Shown: piece by piece, positions 1-10,362 of the stretch
How positions within the stretch are numbered: position 1 is the first letter of the stretch
Layout: every line of letters starts with the position of its first letter
NCBI GenBank assembly: GCA_964504915.1
Contig: CAZDFH010000006.1
Coordinates: 4,356 to 68,355, forward strand
Source of the DNA: an uncultured Candidatus Peribacteria bacterium
GTDB lineage: Bacteria > Patescibacteriota > Gracilibacteria > Absconditabacterales > Absconditicoccaceae
Reading direction: 5' to 3'
Length of the DNA: 64,000 bases
Made by a program: the position numbers and the translations under genes
The notes under the pieces: model-generated
Seen by the model: the letters and a program-made list of their open reading frames with translations, nothing else
Told to the model about the DNA's origin: nothing
The model's database searches: none

Positions 1-1543
1 AGGTACTCACATGTCAGGAGATATTCGACAATCACCATTCGATATAACTAGATGTTCCTGCTAGATAGGATCAACTATTTATGCTCTGTTGTTTCGTGCC
101 ATCTGTATAGATATTGAGTCCAGATATTTGCTGGACATAAAGAAATTGTAAAGCATTAAAGACATTCAATCTTCTTCCATTATAAAATTTGCCTATCAGC
201 GCTGGTATACTTTCGGCATTATTGAGTAAGGCATTTTTTATCTGGAGATAGCTAAGCTCTGGTTTCATACTTCGCAGCAATGACAATGCTCCAGCTACAT
301 GAGGAGAAGAAAAGGATGTCCCACATGACCAATCAGTACCATTGCTTGTCATTAATGTCCAGACACAGGCTGGTGCTGAGATTGATATGATGGTACCATA
401 ATCTGATCCATACGTACTTCATTGGACCAAAGTATCCCATTGACTAGATCATCAGACAGAAATCACATTATCTAATCCGGATCGATATGGGGTATCGACA
501 GCAAAATCGGCTGGGGTGACATAATAATCACCTACATGTTCCGTCTTTCGATTGCCAGCAGCTATAGCTACAAGTCATGGAAATTCTTTGATTGCGTTAT
601 ATACAGTAGGGTCTGGATTGCTACGAGTATTGAATCTCTGGCTTCATCGACTAAGATTGAGTATTTTTGCTCAGTTGTATTTGGCAAAACTTATTGCATA
701 AGCTGCTGCAAATGAATAAATATATCATCCATGCGAGGCGTTTAAATTCATAAGTCTAGCATTGGGATTTACTCCCGCTACGCCAAAATTATTATTTGTT
801 ACAGCTCAAATAATACCAGCTACATAGGTGCCGTGAAATCATGTGACTCCTGTCTTGGAAAGTGTATAAGCATCAAATCATCATCCGATACATCATCATC
901 GAGCTGCTCATGAAACATTTAGACAATTCGTGCCATCTCGCATATGTGAAGCAAGGTCTGTATGAGTATATTCAAATCCGACATCAATGACGGCTACGGT
1001 AGTCCCGGTAGTGAGCGGGTTCCCATCTCATGATCGTATGTCCATTGCGCGCAATCGATCAATATCGGCACCAGCAGTACCACTTCACGGTACTCAAAAA
1101 TAAGGATCAACATCAGCATATTGTCAGACATTATTTAGGGCCCATTGTTTACTAAATCTTGTATCATTGGGAGAACTTATCAAAATCTCGTAGGCATAAT
1201 TTGGCTGAACATATTCTACATTGGGATCTTGAGATAGACGTTGTATCTCACTTGAGAGGTCGGCTCCCTCATCTACGGATATCAATACCAAATTTTCTTT
1301 TGGGATAATGTTTTCTGTCTCAAAGTCTTGTCTATTTTCCATCTGCGAGAGTGTTCTCATCCCTGCAGCTTTTTGTAAATTGATGTTGTCATCATTTAGT
1401 TTAATAATCAATTCTCCTGGTGCGTATTGCGGACCATTTTCATCTTGATTTATCTGATTCTCATCAGCCGCGATTACGAGGGAAACTATGCCACTGAGAC
1501 ATAGGCATACAAATATAGTATATCGAGTCAACTTTCTTTTCAT
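1..1543 (-). CDS. Subtilisin-like (S8) serine peptidase with signal peptide and I9-like propeptide; 3' end runs off the window
   Basis: One frame is open (no TAA/TAG) from 1543 to position 1, joining track ORFs 1124-1543 and 71-352. Catalytic motifs VAVIDVG (Asp), HGTYVAG (His) and GTSFSSPHVAG (Ser) are present. The N-terminus is hydrophobic. The TGA at 71-73 is read as Gly. Confidence 0.85.
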
Positions 1544-1579
1544 AACGGTGAAACTTAAAATAAAAAAGATGAGTGCTTC

Positions 1580-3538
1580 TTACATTCTTTCTACAAAAAT
1601 CATCCCTATGAGTTTCATGGCTTGTTGCAATGTCTCTAAGACTTTTTGTAGTAGGTCAATTCTTGTGATTTTTGTTGGTTCTTCATCTACTAATATTTTT
1701 GTATGAGCATAATAACTATTTACTAGTTGTGCTAGATCAAAACAATACTTCGCGATATAGTGTGGTGCTAAGTCATCTTTTGCTTTGAGAATGGTCTCGT
1801 CTAGTCCACTTATTTTTTTGATAAGTGCAAATTCATCGGCTTCTTGGAGTAAAGAATAATCGATTTTTGTCATATCCAACTTGCCTGCACTATCGATGAT
1901 ACTCTTCATTCTCGCTCAGGTATACAGGATATATGCTCAGGTCTCACCTTTCATATCCATTACCTCATCGAGATCAAAAACTATATCTTTAGTGATGTCT
2001 CCTCTGATCAAGAAAAATCTCAAAGCAGAAATTGCCATCGCTTCAGCGACCTTATCTAGTCGCACATCATCTTGTTCTGGATTTCTTTCTTTGGTCTCGA
2101 CATAGGCTTTCTTGTGAAGCATATCGAGCATATCATCTATTGTTACCGTTCGTCATTTTCTACTGGCAAAGGGTAATCTTTTTTCCAATTTTTCTTCATC
2201 GCTCAGATCGATCTTCATATTTAGCAATGTCTTTGGCGTCAAAAAAACGATACCATAGCCAAGTGGCAAATATTTTTTTTCTCCATGGACATGGCCGAGT
2301 AACTTGAGTGCTGAAGCCACAATTGTCTGAGGAGGAATCTGTCTATAATCTATGACAGTGATGGCTTCATCATATTTTCCAAAGCCATGTTTGTTTCATT
2401 TGCTTGTATCCGTACTTGTCGTATACATTCTGACGCCTCTGGGATCTTCTCGTGATTGTTCGTATCAGAAGTCCTTGTCCATGTAACCAAGCTTCCACAT
2501 CGCGAGAGCGATATCTTTGGCGACATAGGTGGCGAGACCATCTGACTTGATCATGATTTGATATTGTTTTTCTTCCTTTGCGTATTCTGGTAAACTAGAA
2601 AGATCAAGGATTCGACATCATTTCGCGTCGCCCTCATCGGCGTATTCCACGAATCATTTTTCCTTCAAGATATCCATCGCTGTGGCGAAAAATTTCAGAT
2701 GTAAGATATGTGTTTCCCAGGCAACGAGGTCGAAGTAGGCGCCCATCCTCCGGCAACTTTCCATTTGTCCATGTGTACAATCCTGGGTGTATTTCTGATG
2801 AAGTGTATTTATTTCTGGATCAGTATTTTCTTCTATCTTCAATAATGTTTCTGTCAATCTCTTTTGGAAAACAGCATCTTCTTCCAATTTTCTCATCTGC
2901 TCATAAATCTCTCCGCAGTAATGATCAAACTTTTTTTTTGTCGTCACGGGGATATCATAGTACATATGTCCGACAATATTGTAGCCGATATTCACTCCGC
3001 TATCATCTCCGTAATCACAGGTCGTAGGCTTATATCCAAGATGTTCATATATTCTCCTCATACTATCGCCGACACAGACATTTCTCGCTTGTCAGATATG
3101 AAGTGGCTTATTTGGATTAGCAGACATGTACTCTATGAGCAATTTGGTGCTTGTTGAGGGTTGAGAAGTTGAGAGTTGAGAGGTGAAAAAATCATTAATG
3201 AAATCAGTCTTTTTAATATGAGCGTTGAGAAATCAGCCGATGGCTTCAAATTTTTCAAAATGCTCTGACTTGAGCTTCTGAGCCATTTCTTGGGCTACTG
3301 CATTTGGTGATTTTTTCATCCATTTGGATAATGAAAAACAAGGAAATGCAAAATCTCCAGGAATATTTTCTGGTGGGGTCTCTATCATAAAGAAAAAAAT
3401 ATCGTCTATCGGCAACTTGGTCTCTTGGTTGAGAATCTCTGCGAAATACTGTTTGTATGTATCAAGTAGCATATCATCGTTTGCTAATATAAATCTTGTG
3501 GCTGAATATTTTTTTGTCTGGTTTGTTTTTTCTGTCAT
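1580..3538 (-). CDS. argS: Arginine--tRNA ligase
   Basis: Track ORFs 1580-1909, 1937-2131, 2654-3061 and 3233-3538 share one frame, and the gaps contain no TAA/TAG (checked). It has an Arg-tRNA-synthetase N-domain, the motif SANPNKPLHI[TGA=G]QARN (HIGH region), a DALR-type C-terminus ending in M, and a TAA stop. Confidence 0.9.
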
Positions 3539-3918
3539 ATGATTTTTTTTTCGATGATTCTCTTTTCTTTCTCGTGAACTGGTATCTTGGTGGCTACTCT
3601 TTTTATTGGATCAGGGAGTATCTGTTGTAGTAATTGTATGAAATGATGGATGACTTTCTCTTTATTGGCTTCTTGTAGTCTTTCTTCTTGATCGGTCATA
3701 ATGAGAATTTTTTCGTCATGATGTACTCTATGTCATCCAGCCTTGATCAATCTTTGCTTCTGTTTCTTATTCAAATACACGGAGTTTGGTATGTTGAAAT
3801 ATAGTTCAGCTTTGGTCTCTCTCTTGTTTACATTTTGTCCTCATTTGCCGCCACTTTTTGCGAAATGAAAATAGACTTCTTTGTCTAGGATCTCATGTAT
3901 AATGGCATCGTAATCCAT
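3484..3918 (-). CDS. arfB: ArfB/YaeJ-like peptidyl-tRNA hydrolase (class I release-factor GGQ domain)
   Basis: ATG at 3918. The motif is SGGK[TGA]GQNVNK, that is GGQ with its first Gly written as TGA at 3841-3843. It has a basic C-terminal tail. The first TAA/TAG in frame is the TAG at 3484-3486, so the gene overlaps the argS start by about 55 nt. The end coordinate is less certain. Confidence 0.72.
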
Positions 3919-3928
3919 CGGCCTCTAG

Positions 3929-3978
3929 TGAAACGAGTAAACTTGGTGAAAAGGGTGAAACGAGATAACAGATAACAG
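3929..3978. repeat. Intergenic short-word repeat block (GTGAAACGAG x2, GATAACAG x2)
   Basis: Direct word repeats were read in the sequence. The 14-mer AAGGGTGAAACGAG recurs at about 54987, and GATAACNG words recur at 18073 (inverted) and 39948-39978. Confidence 0.8.
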
Positions 3979-3985
3979 TAATTGA

Positions 3986-4198
3986 TTATTTGCTTTTATT
4001 GATTCTAGCGTTTTCATATTTATCGAGTTCTAGGGTAATCTGGTTTGCTCTTACCTTTTTGGTCACTTTCTCCACTGGTTTCTTGCCAAATCCCATTGTA
4101 TGCAGTAGATCTTCCAATCAAATCCAAATAGTGCTCCCTATTGTTTCAAATAGTGATTCTTTGCGTTTTTCTTCAAATTTTTTGAGATCTGGAGTCAT
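3986..4198 (-). CDS. Hypothetical small protein (70 aa)
   Basis: ATG at 4198 to TAA at 3986-3988, with one internal TGA. No recognisable motif. Confidence 0.35.
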
Positions 4199-4482
4199 GG
4201 AAGGGAGTTAAAAGGTTCAAAAGGTAAAAGGTTAAAAAGTTTGGAAAACTATTATTTTCAGCATATGAAAGCAGAAAAGAAAATCAATATGAGATATGCA
4301 ATTTGTGAGGTTGGTTTTGCCCTATTCCTGCATTCTATATATAGAATATGTGAAAAGTAAATACACTTTGTGGCCAAGCAGTTCGCTGTCGAAGGAAATC
4401 CGTTGTGTTTAGTCAGATTTTTTGTTTTTTTCCTTTCTGAGGGTATACTTATATTGTGAACTTTACTCTATAAATACTTCAA

Positions 4483-5661
4483 ATGACTAGCAAAAAATTG
4501 GTTATATTCGCTGCTTTTGCTCTTGGATGTGTGGGACTTCCTCTCTATGCAGGACTAGTGTCTTTGCAACCTGCATATACTGATGCTAGATTTCAGCCAG
4601 TGGATGCATTCCATGCGGAATGTACACAAGATGCTCAAATCTCGGTGGCAATTCCAGATAAGAATGTCAGCCAGATGCATTTGGTACTGCAATATGTCCC
4701 AGAGGACCTACAAATTTTGCGTGTAGTCTGAGCAGGGCAAACTAATGCGAATTATCAGATGGAATATAATAGTGTCATCTTTGATATCGATAATCCTGTC
4801 CTCACCGATCAGTCAGCATTACTTACGTTATCTATACAAAGTAATTCAGGAGTCACCTCTACAAATATCGTGGTAGATTCTTGATCGTACTATGTCGTCA
4901 AAGGCAAAAAAATATTTTTTACTGAGACGCTTCCTCTTTCTTTTGCATCAGTGCCTGAATGCGATCCAGATATCATTCCTCCAAGTGTAAATCTGATCTT
5001 TCCACAAGATCCTGAAGCTAGACTTAGCTTGGACCAATATTTTGTATTTGAAATCAAAGATGCTGGTAAATGAATCGATAAAAATAGTATCAAGATATTT
5101 CTTAATGATCAAGTATATACTGTGGATTCTGACAATGTAAAATGGAAATGAAATTTTATGACTTTCTATCCTCAAGATCGGTTGCCTGTAAATAAAAAAA
5201 TAGATCTCAAGGTGACTATTGATGATCTTCAATCTTATGGAGGTCCTAATGAGACAGATAAATCATTCGGCTTCAAGACTGCTACAGGTATGGCTCTTCT
5301 TGATAATATAACTCCTATGATGTTTAGACAGCTCTCTAGAGAATGAGCAAAATTTGCTGGCACTACTGACGAATGTGCATTGCTTCAAAATTTCTATGCA
5401 AGATCAGACGTATCATTCCAAGCAGGATTGATGCCTATCCTAGAAAAATTATCATGTGACTTGTCTGCTTTGACTACTGATGATACATTGGCTGCAACTC
5501 ATGATGCTGCACCGGTAAAAAATAAAAATCTGAACTTCGTTTCTGTCTTCGCTGTCCTTGGACGAATTCTCTTCGTCATCGCGTTGGTCTTGAAATTCCA
5601 CTATATGGCATCGTACAAGAAGCATAAGAGATTAGCTATAATGTACAAAAATAGTGTATAG
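4483..5661 (+). CDS. Secreted or membrane-anchored hypothetical protein (392 aa)
   Basis: Track ORFs 4483-4731, 5158-5346 and 5380-5661 are in frame 1, joined by TGA codons with no TAA/TAG (checked). It has an N-terminal signal-like segment and a C-terminal TM helix (FVSVFAVLGRILFVIALVL). Confidence 0.6.
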
Positions 5662-5846
5662 TTTATAGTTTCGGAATGTTTATATAAAAATATACACGAC
5701 TGTTTTCGAAATCTGTAATCACTTCATTTCATTTGTGCTGACAGTTTCTTTTATCCTAAGGGACGAAGTCCAAATCGTCGGTATAGTTCAATCATCCAAA
5801 ATATCTTCGTTTCACTCGCTCTTTTGGCGGTTGAACTAAAATATAC

Positions 5847-5873
5847 AAAGCTTCGAGGAATCGGAGCTTTTTT
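5847..5873 (+). terminator. Rho-independent-terminator-like hairpin (10-bp stem, GGAA loop, T-run)
   Basis: Sequence AAAGCTTCGA-GGAA-TCGGAGCTTT followed by TTT. An A-tract on the 5' side makes it potentially bidirectional. Confidence 0.55.
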
Positions 5874-5890
5874 AATTTCTCGGGACGCGG

Positions 5891-6005
5891 ACAAACCCAC
5901 CCCACCCTTTGGGCACCCCTCCCTTCACAGGGCGGGGAAGTAATTACTTGATTCGCCCCTGTGAAGGGGAGATGTCCGAGCAACGTCGAGGACAGAGGGG
6001 TTTGT
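5891..6005. other. GC-rich nested stem-loop element (candidate structured RNA or palindromic repeat)
   Basis: The outer stem is ACAAACCC(5891-5898)/GGGTTTGT(5998-6005). The inner hairpin has about 16 bp: CTCCCTTCACAGGGCG(5919-5934)/CGCCCCTGTGAAGGGGAG(5954-5971). GC content is far above the local background. The strand is undetermined. Confidence 0.5.
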
Positions 6006-6037
6006 TAACAAAAAAATGAAATAAAACTTTTTCATTC

Positions 6038-6065
6038 TTGCAAGCAAGTGGTCATTTCATATACT
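6038..6065 (+). promoter_or_regulatory. Sigma-70-type promoter (TTGCAA-16 nt-TATACT) upstream of the CYTH gene
   Basis: Hexamers at 6038-6043 and 6060-6065 with a 16-nt spacer, 29 nt upstream of the ATG at 6094. Confidence 0.55.
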
Positions 6066-6093
6066 ATTACCAATTTTTATTCTTCATCTGCTC

Positions 6094-6567
6094 ATGCTCG
6101 AAATAGAAAGAAAATTTCTCATTACCAAAATCCCTGAAAATATTTCCTCATTTCCTCATCATGAAATCTTACAATGATATTTTTTCAATGAATGAGAAAA
6201 ATTAGTGAGACTGAGAAAAAAAGGAAATCACTATTACCAGACGACGAAAAGCAGTGCAGGTTTGGTTAGACAACAAGAGGAGTCTGAGCTCTCTCCATCA
6301 GTCTTTGAAGAGGAGTGGAACAATGTCGAAGATCGACAATTACAAAAAACTCGTTACGAAATTCCCTGCGAGTGAAAGATTATTGAGTTAGATATCTACA
6401 AAGGAAAACTAGAATGATTGGTTCTCGCCGAGATAGAATTTACTTCTGAGCAAGAGGCGAATAATTTCACTGCGCCTGCTCGATTGGGTCAAGAATTGAC
6501 TGGCATGGCAGAAGCGGAAAATGCGTATTTGGCGAAATATGGAATACCGGACTCACTGCGTGAGTAG
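6094..6567 (+). CDS. CYTH-domain protein (CyaB/ThTPase family)
   Basis: It starts MLEIERKFLI (the EXEXK signature) and has four internal TGA. FTAPA[CGA]LGQELTG matches the conserved P.WLG.EVT segment if CGA is Trp. The stop is TAG. Confidence 0.8.
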
Positions 6568-6619
6568 TGTATAGTTTATAGTGTATAGTATATAGTATAT
6601 AGTATATAGTGTATAGTGT
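6565..6619. repeat. GTATAGT-word tandem repeat block beginning at the CYTH stop codon
   Basis: Sequence TAGTGTATAGTTTATAGTGTATAGTATATAGTATATAGTATATAGTGTATAGTG. The same 18-mer TAGTGTATAGTTTATAGT also overlaps the stop of the previous gene at 5652-5670. Confidence 0.85.
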
Positions 6620-6629
6620 TGGAGTTTTT

Positions 6630-7844
6630 TTAATTTTCAATTTTCAATTCTCAATTTTCAATCTTATCATATCCCAATTGTCCACAAGCGCCCTTGCCTT
6701 CTCTGCCCATACTTGCTCTGACGGTGACGGTAATTCATTCATTTTCCAAAATATCTTTAAATTTATACATCTGCGTTTTGCTACTTTCTTCGAGATCGAT
6801 CGCTGGATTCATATTGTATGCAATCAAGTTTACATGAGCCAATCTGCCTCTTAGTAACTTAGCTAATTCCTTGGCGAGCTCCGGCTTGTCAGTCACTCAC
6901 TTGATCATAATGTACTCGTAAAATATTCTATTATCGGTCGCTTTCACATAATCGTCGATCGTTTTCATCAGCTCATCGAGTGGATATTTTGCTGCAATCG
7001 GCATGAGTTGATTTCTCAATTCTTGATTTGGTGCATGCAATGAGATCGCTAATTTTACAGGAATATTGTCTTCAATTAATTTCTTAATTCATGGGATAAT
7101 CCCTGATGTTGATATTGTAATATGTCTTCTCGAGAGCGATAATCTGTCTTGTGGTAACATGAGTTCGATAGATTTTTTCATATTATCATAATTCAGCAAT
7201 GGCTCGCCCATTCACATAAAGACGACATTTCTCACACCATACAATGTGCCATCGTCTTTTTTTCCAAATTTATTCTTAATATAATTATTCGCATAGAGCA
7301 CTTGTCAGATAATTTCTTCTGCTGTGAGATTTCTCTTGAGACCTAATTTCCCCGTGACACAAAAGAGACAGTTCATGGGACATCATACCTGGCTAGATAT
7401 ACATAAGGTAATTCTATTTAGTTTTTTAGAGCCAGGATGTTGAAGGCTTTGCCTTGTTGAGGATTGAACGACTTCGTCGTGTTGAGAGTTGTCAGTATCA
7501 TCTTCATCAAAATCTTCAACCTCTTCCATCATATTTCCATTTTCATGTTGACGATTATCCCAGTGATAAAGTATAACCAGCTCGATCAGGTGTCCGTCCG
7601 TAGTTTGCAGTCAGATTTTGGTGCTGTCTTCTCCTTCTACGACATCCGTCACCTCAAAAGGAATAATACTGAATGCCTTCTCCAAGTCTTGCCTCATGTC
7701 CTTGGACAGCGTAGTCATCTCGGAGAACTCGATATTCTGATTTTTGTATATTTCAAAAAACACCTGCTTCACTCTAAAGGGTTGGAGCTTGTGTTCCTTA
7801 GCATATGATTGAAAAATATCTTCATTGAGAATAGATGGTTTCAT
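6630..7844 (-). CDS. rlmN: 23S rRNA/tRNA adenine-C2 methyltransferase, radical SAM
   Basis: The N-terminus matches RlmN (FRVKQVFFEIYK...EMTTLSKDMR). It contains CPMNCLFCVTG (CxxxCxxC) and MGMGEPLLNY, and ends ...ACGQLGY. There is an acidic low-complexity insertion (about 7440-7560). The stop is TAA at 6630-6632. Confidence 0.85.
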
Positions 7845-7871
7845 TTATGATACGTGGTAAATATTATATAT

Positions 7872-8099
7872 TTATGCTGCGTCTCTTACTTCTTCTATCT
7901 GTCCTATATGGATTTTTTCTGGTTTACTAAATATTTCTAGATCTGTCATATCACCTTCCAAAACTTTAATATTATAAAATTCATCAGCTGGATTTTGTTC
8001 TTTCAATATTTCAACTAAAACTTTCCCAGTTTTTGTTATGATTTCTACTTTTTCTCCAAGATGGGAGTTCATAAAGTCAATAATTTCTTTTCATTCCAT
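7872..8099 (-). CDS. Hypothetical small protein (75 aa)
   Basis: ATG at 8099 (ME[TGA]KEIIDFMNSH...) to TAA at 7872. No motif recognised. Confidence 0.4.
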
Positions 8100-8130
8100 G
8101 GTGATGAAATTAGATGGTAAATCACTTGTT

Positions 8131-8415
8131 CTATTCAGAGATTTTTTGTTCGGGGATTTTTTGTTCGGGGATTTTTTGGATATGGTTAATATCAGAACAA
8201 AAGAGCTTATATACATCTCATCTTATATTTTGTACTGGTCGATGTTTATGTTTGCCAGTTGTATTCGCTGGTCCAAGAATCGTAATGACATCTCCTCAGT
8301 TCTCTGATGTAATGATGAATCTTTTGTTTGGATTCTTGTCTAGTGTCTCTTCGATATGATACGGATCGACAATAGGAGCGCCTGAATGTTGCATTGCGTA
8401 GTTTCCGTTTAACAT
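8131..8415 (-). CDS. Hypothetical protein (94 aa) with repeat-encoded C-terminus
   Basis: ATG at 8415 to TAG at 8131. The C-terminal (QKIPE)x2 is encoded by the tandem repeat GATTTTTTGTTCGGG at 8141-8176. Confidence 0.4.
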
Positions 8416-8490
8416 GATTGTAAGTGTATATAAGATAAAATATCTATACTCCTTATATACTGATTTACTGGCAAAAGTCCATAGAAATAC

Positions 8491-9729
8491 CTAGGCTGAC
8501 AACAGTGATTTTTTGTAAAATCGACACTGTTCGCCACCATTGTAAAATGGCGATTTTTTCCAATTGCCGGAAAGTTTTTTTTCTTCGAATTGTTCAAAGG
8601 AAGTAATGATCCCACCATGGAGCTTTGGATTTTTTTCGAATAGAGTAGCGAGTGTTTTATACAATCCCATGAGATCAATGATATTGTTTAGTCTGAGCCC
8701 ATATGGTGGATTGCTCACCATGGAGCCAATAAGTTCTGACTCATTGAGATACTCCTTAATATCTTTCACGGCGAATTGAATATATTTGTCTACTCATGCA
8801 TTCTTCGCATTTTCTTGAGCTATTGCTATCATCTCTGGATCGATGTCAGAAGCGATGATGGTATGTTCTTTATTTACAAAAGATGTCTGATGATTTCACT
8901 CTGATGGTGTCAGAAGATTTTTTTTGAGGTCTGCTAATATTGATTTGTCATATCGGTTTCGTGATTCAAATGCAAAATGTCTAAAGCTCCCGGGAGCGAT
9001 ATTCTTCGCAATCAGTGCCGCCTCTATCGCTATCGTTCCACTGCCACAGAAGACGTCATACAGTGGCTCACTAAATTTCCATCAAGACAATAAGACCAAT
9101 CATGCTGCTAGCGCTTCATTAATCGGCGCATCGCCGGTGGCTTTCTTGTATCATCTTTTGTGCAGAGATTCGCCTGTGGTATTTAATAAGATTGTACATT
9201 CATCATTGTCTATGTGGATGAAAATTTCCACTGGTTCCAACTTCGGATCTTCAAAGACCCTTTCTTCACTCTCAACTCTCAATGTGTCCACACTTCATTT
9301 CGTTGGCTTCGGAGCCACATGCAATGTGGCTTTACTTGCAGATTGGTGTGGGTCTCAATCCTCAACCTTCGCCAGAAGTTTTTTTACGATTGCTTTCTTA
9401 CAAATACTTTGTATCGTCGGTGTACTTGTGAGCTTGGATCTCTTGCTAGCAGCGGTGACGACGATGGGGTTGCCTTGGACGTACATCTTCCAGTCAATGC
9501 ATGAAACCAAGTCAAAGAGTCCATCAAAGTCAGAAACTTTTTTCTTCCCGAGCTCGAGAAAAAGTTTGTTTCAGACTCTACTTCGAAGGTTAATCTTCGC
9601 TATCGCAGTCTGGTCTCCCGTGAAACGGATCAGGGTTTGCTGATTACTTGTCACCTTGTATCCAGCGAGTTCTATTTCTTTTTTCAATACTGATTCCAGC
9701 CCTGCTGCGCAGGTGATAGCAAATTGCAT
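8491..9729 (-). CDS. THUMP-domain class I SAM-dependent methyltransferase (RlmL/YpsC-like)
   Basis: The frame is open over 8491-9729 (checked). Motifs are SLHKR[TGA]YK, APINEALAA, DVFCGSGTIAIEAA (SAM motif I) and SNPPYG (motif IV). It carries an extra segment of about 35 aa encoded by the repeat element at 9271-9367. Confidence 0.8.
9271..9367. repeat. Palindromic repeat element, copy A (inside the methyltransferase CDS, in frame)
   Basis: The architecture is CTCAACTCTCAA..CCACAC..GGCTTCGG-AGCCACATGCAATGTGGCT..GGTGTGGG..TCAATCCTCAACC, the same as copies at 19461-19555 and 60040-60124. Confidence 0.8.
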
Positions 9730-9874
9730 ACGTGTATATTAGCGATAAATCCTGTTGTCAGTGTAGGGATTGGGAGTGGAAATTCCACACACAAAGGAAT
9801 ATTGTTTAGAGATTGACTTAATATATCAAATATATATCGTCTAAAAAACAAAATAACCATTTAAACCACATTTT

Positions 9875-10189
9875 ATGCAAAAGATTTCATTGTCATCGGC
9901 AATCCAAATGGCGGCGCAGGAAAAAGGTTCTCAGTCGCAAGCTATTAAAGTAACGTTCAGCCCCATGAAAAGAGGAGGCAAATTTCGGGCACAAATCCAT
10001 TGCAAAGGCGAATCTTATATGATCGTCGGCAAAGAAGGATTGCTCTCAAAGACAAGGCTAAACTCATTTGAAAATATGATCTTAGCTGAGTTAAGAGAAA
10101 AAATAGTGCCTATAAAGAATGTTACCAAGAAGATTTCCTCATACTCTCCGCCATTTCGTTTTGGTTATGGTTATGGATACGGATACTAA
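9875..10189 (+). CDS. Hypothetical protein with C-terminal GYGYGYGY tail
   Basis: An intact ORF with no TGA, a TAA stop and a terminator hairpin downstream. Confidence 0.45.
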   Translation: MQKISLSSAIQMAAQEKGSQSQAIKVTFSPMKRGGKFRAQIHCKGESYMIVGKEGLLSKTRLNSFENMILAELREKIVPIKNVTKKISSYSPPFRFGYGYGYGY

Positions 10190-10207
10190 AATCTTTTTTT
10201 CTGAAGA

Positions 10208-10247
10208 ACATATCCCATTTTTGTTTTTCTTGGGATGTGTTTTTTTA
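10208..10247 (+). terminator. Rho-independent terminator
   Basis: ACATATCCCA / TGGGATGTGT forms a 10-bp stem (one G-U pair) followed by TTTTTT. Confidence 0.65.
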
Positions 10248-10269
10248 TATATTTTCAAATTATTTCCTA

Positions 10270-10297
10270 TTGATTTTGCTTAGGAGAACAGTATATT
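10270..10297 (+). promoter_or_regulatory. Sigma-70-type promoter (TTGATT-16-TATATT)
   Basis: Hexamers at 10270-10275 and 10292-10297, upstream of the ORF at 10363. Confidence 0.45.
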
Positions 10298-10362
10298 CTT
10301 GTCACGTAGAGAGGTATATTCTATCTGCGTCGAACAAGAATTAATAACGTTAATTTTTTTTT

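Noticed and set aside
5847-5873. SRP (4.5S) RNA, because of a GGAA tetraloop hairpin.
   Set aside because: The 3' side lacks the conserved (G)GAAGCAGC / AGCA symmetric-loop motifs, and the stem is AT-rich and short. It is more simply a terminator-like hairpin.
5792-5983. 63-aa minus-strand ORF across the GC-rich element. The same applies to the 78-aa ORF at 13396-13632.
   Set aside because: The first is produced by the GC-rich palindrome itself and has no start context or homology. The second lies in the divergent promoter region between dnaK and the adhesin gene and overlaps the consensus promoter.
8924-9643. 239-aa plus-strand ORF, the longest uninterrupted plus-strand ORF in this region of the track.
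   Set aside because: It is antisense to the well-supported THUMP methyltransferase (SNPPYG, GSGT motifs on the minus strand) and has a low-complexity, motif-free translation. It is a shadow ORF.
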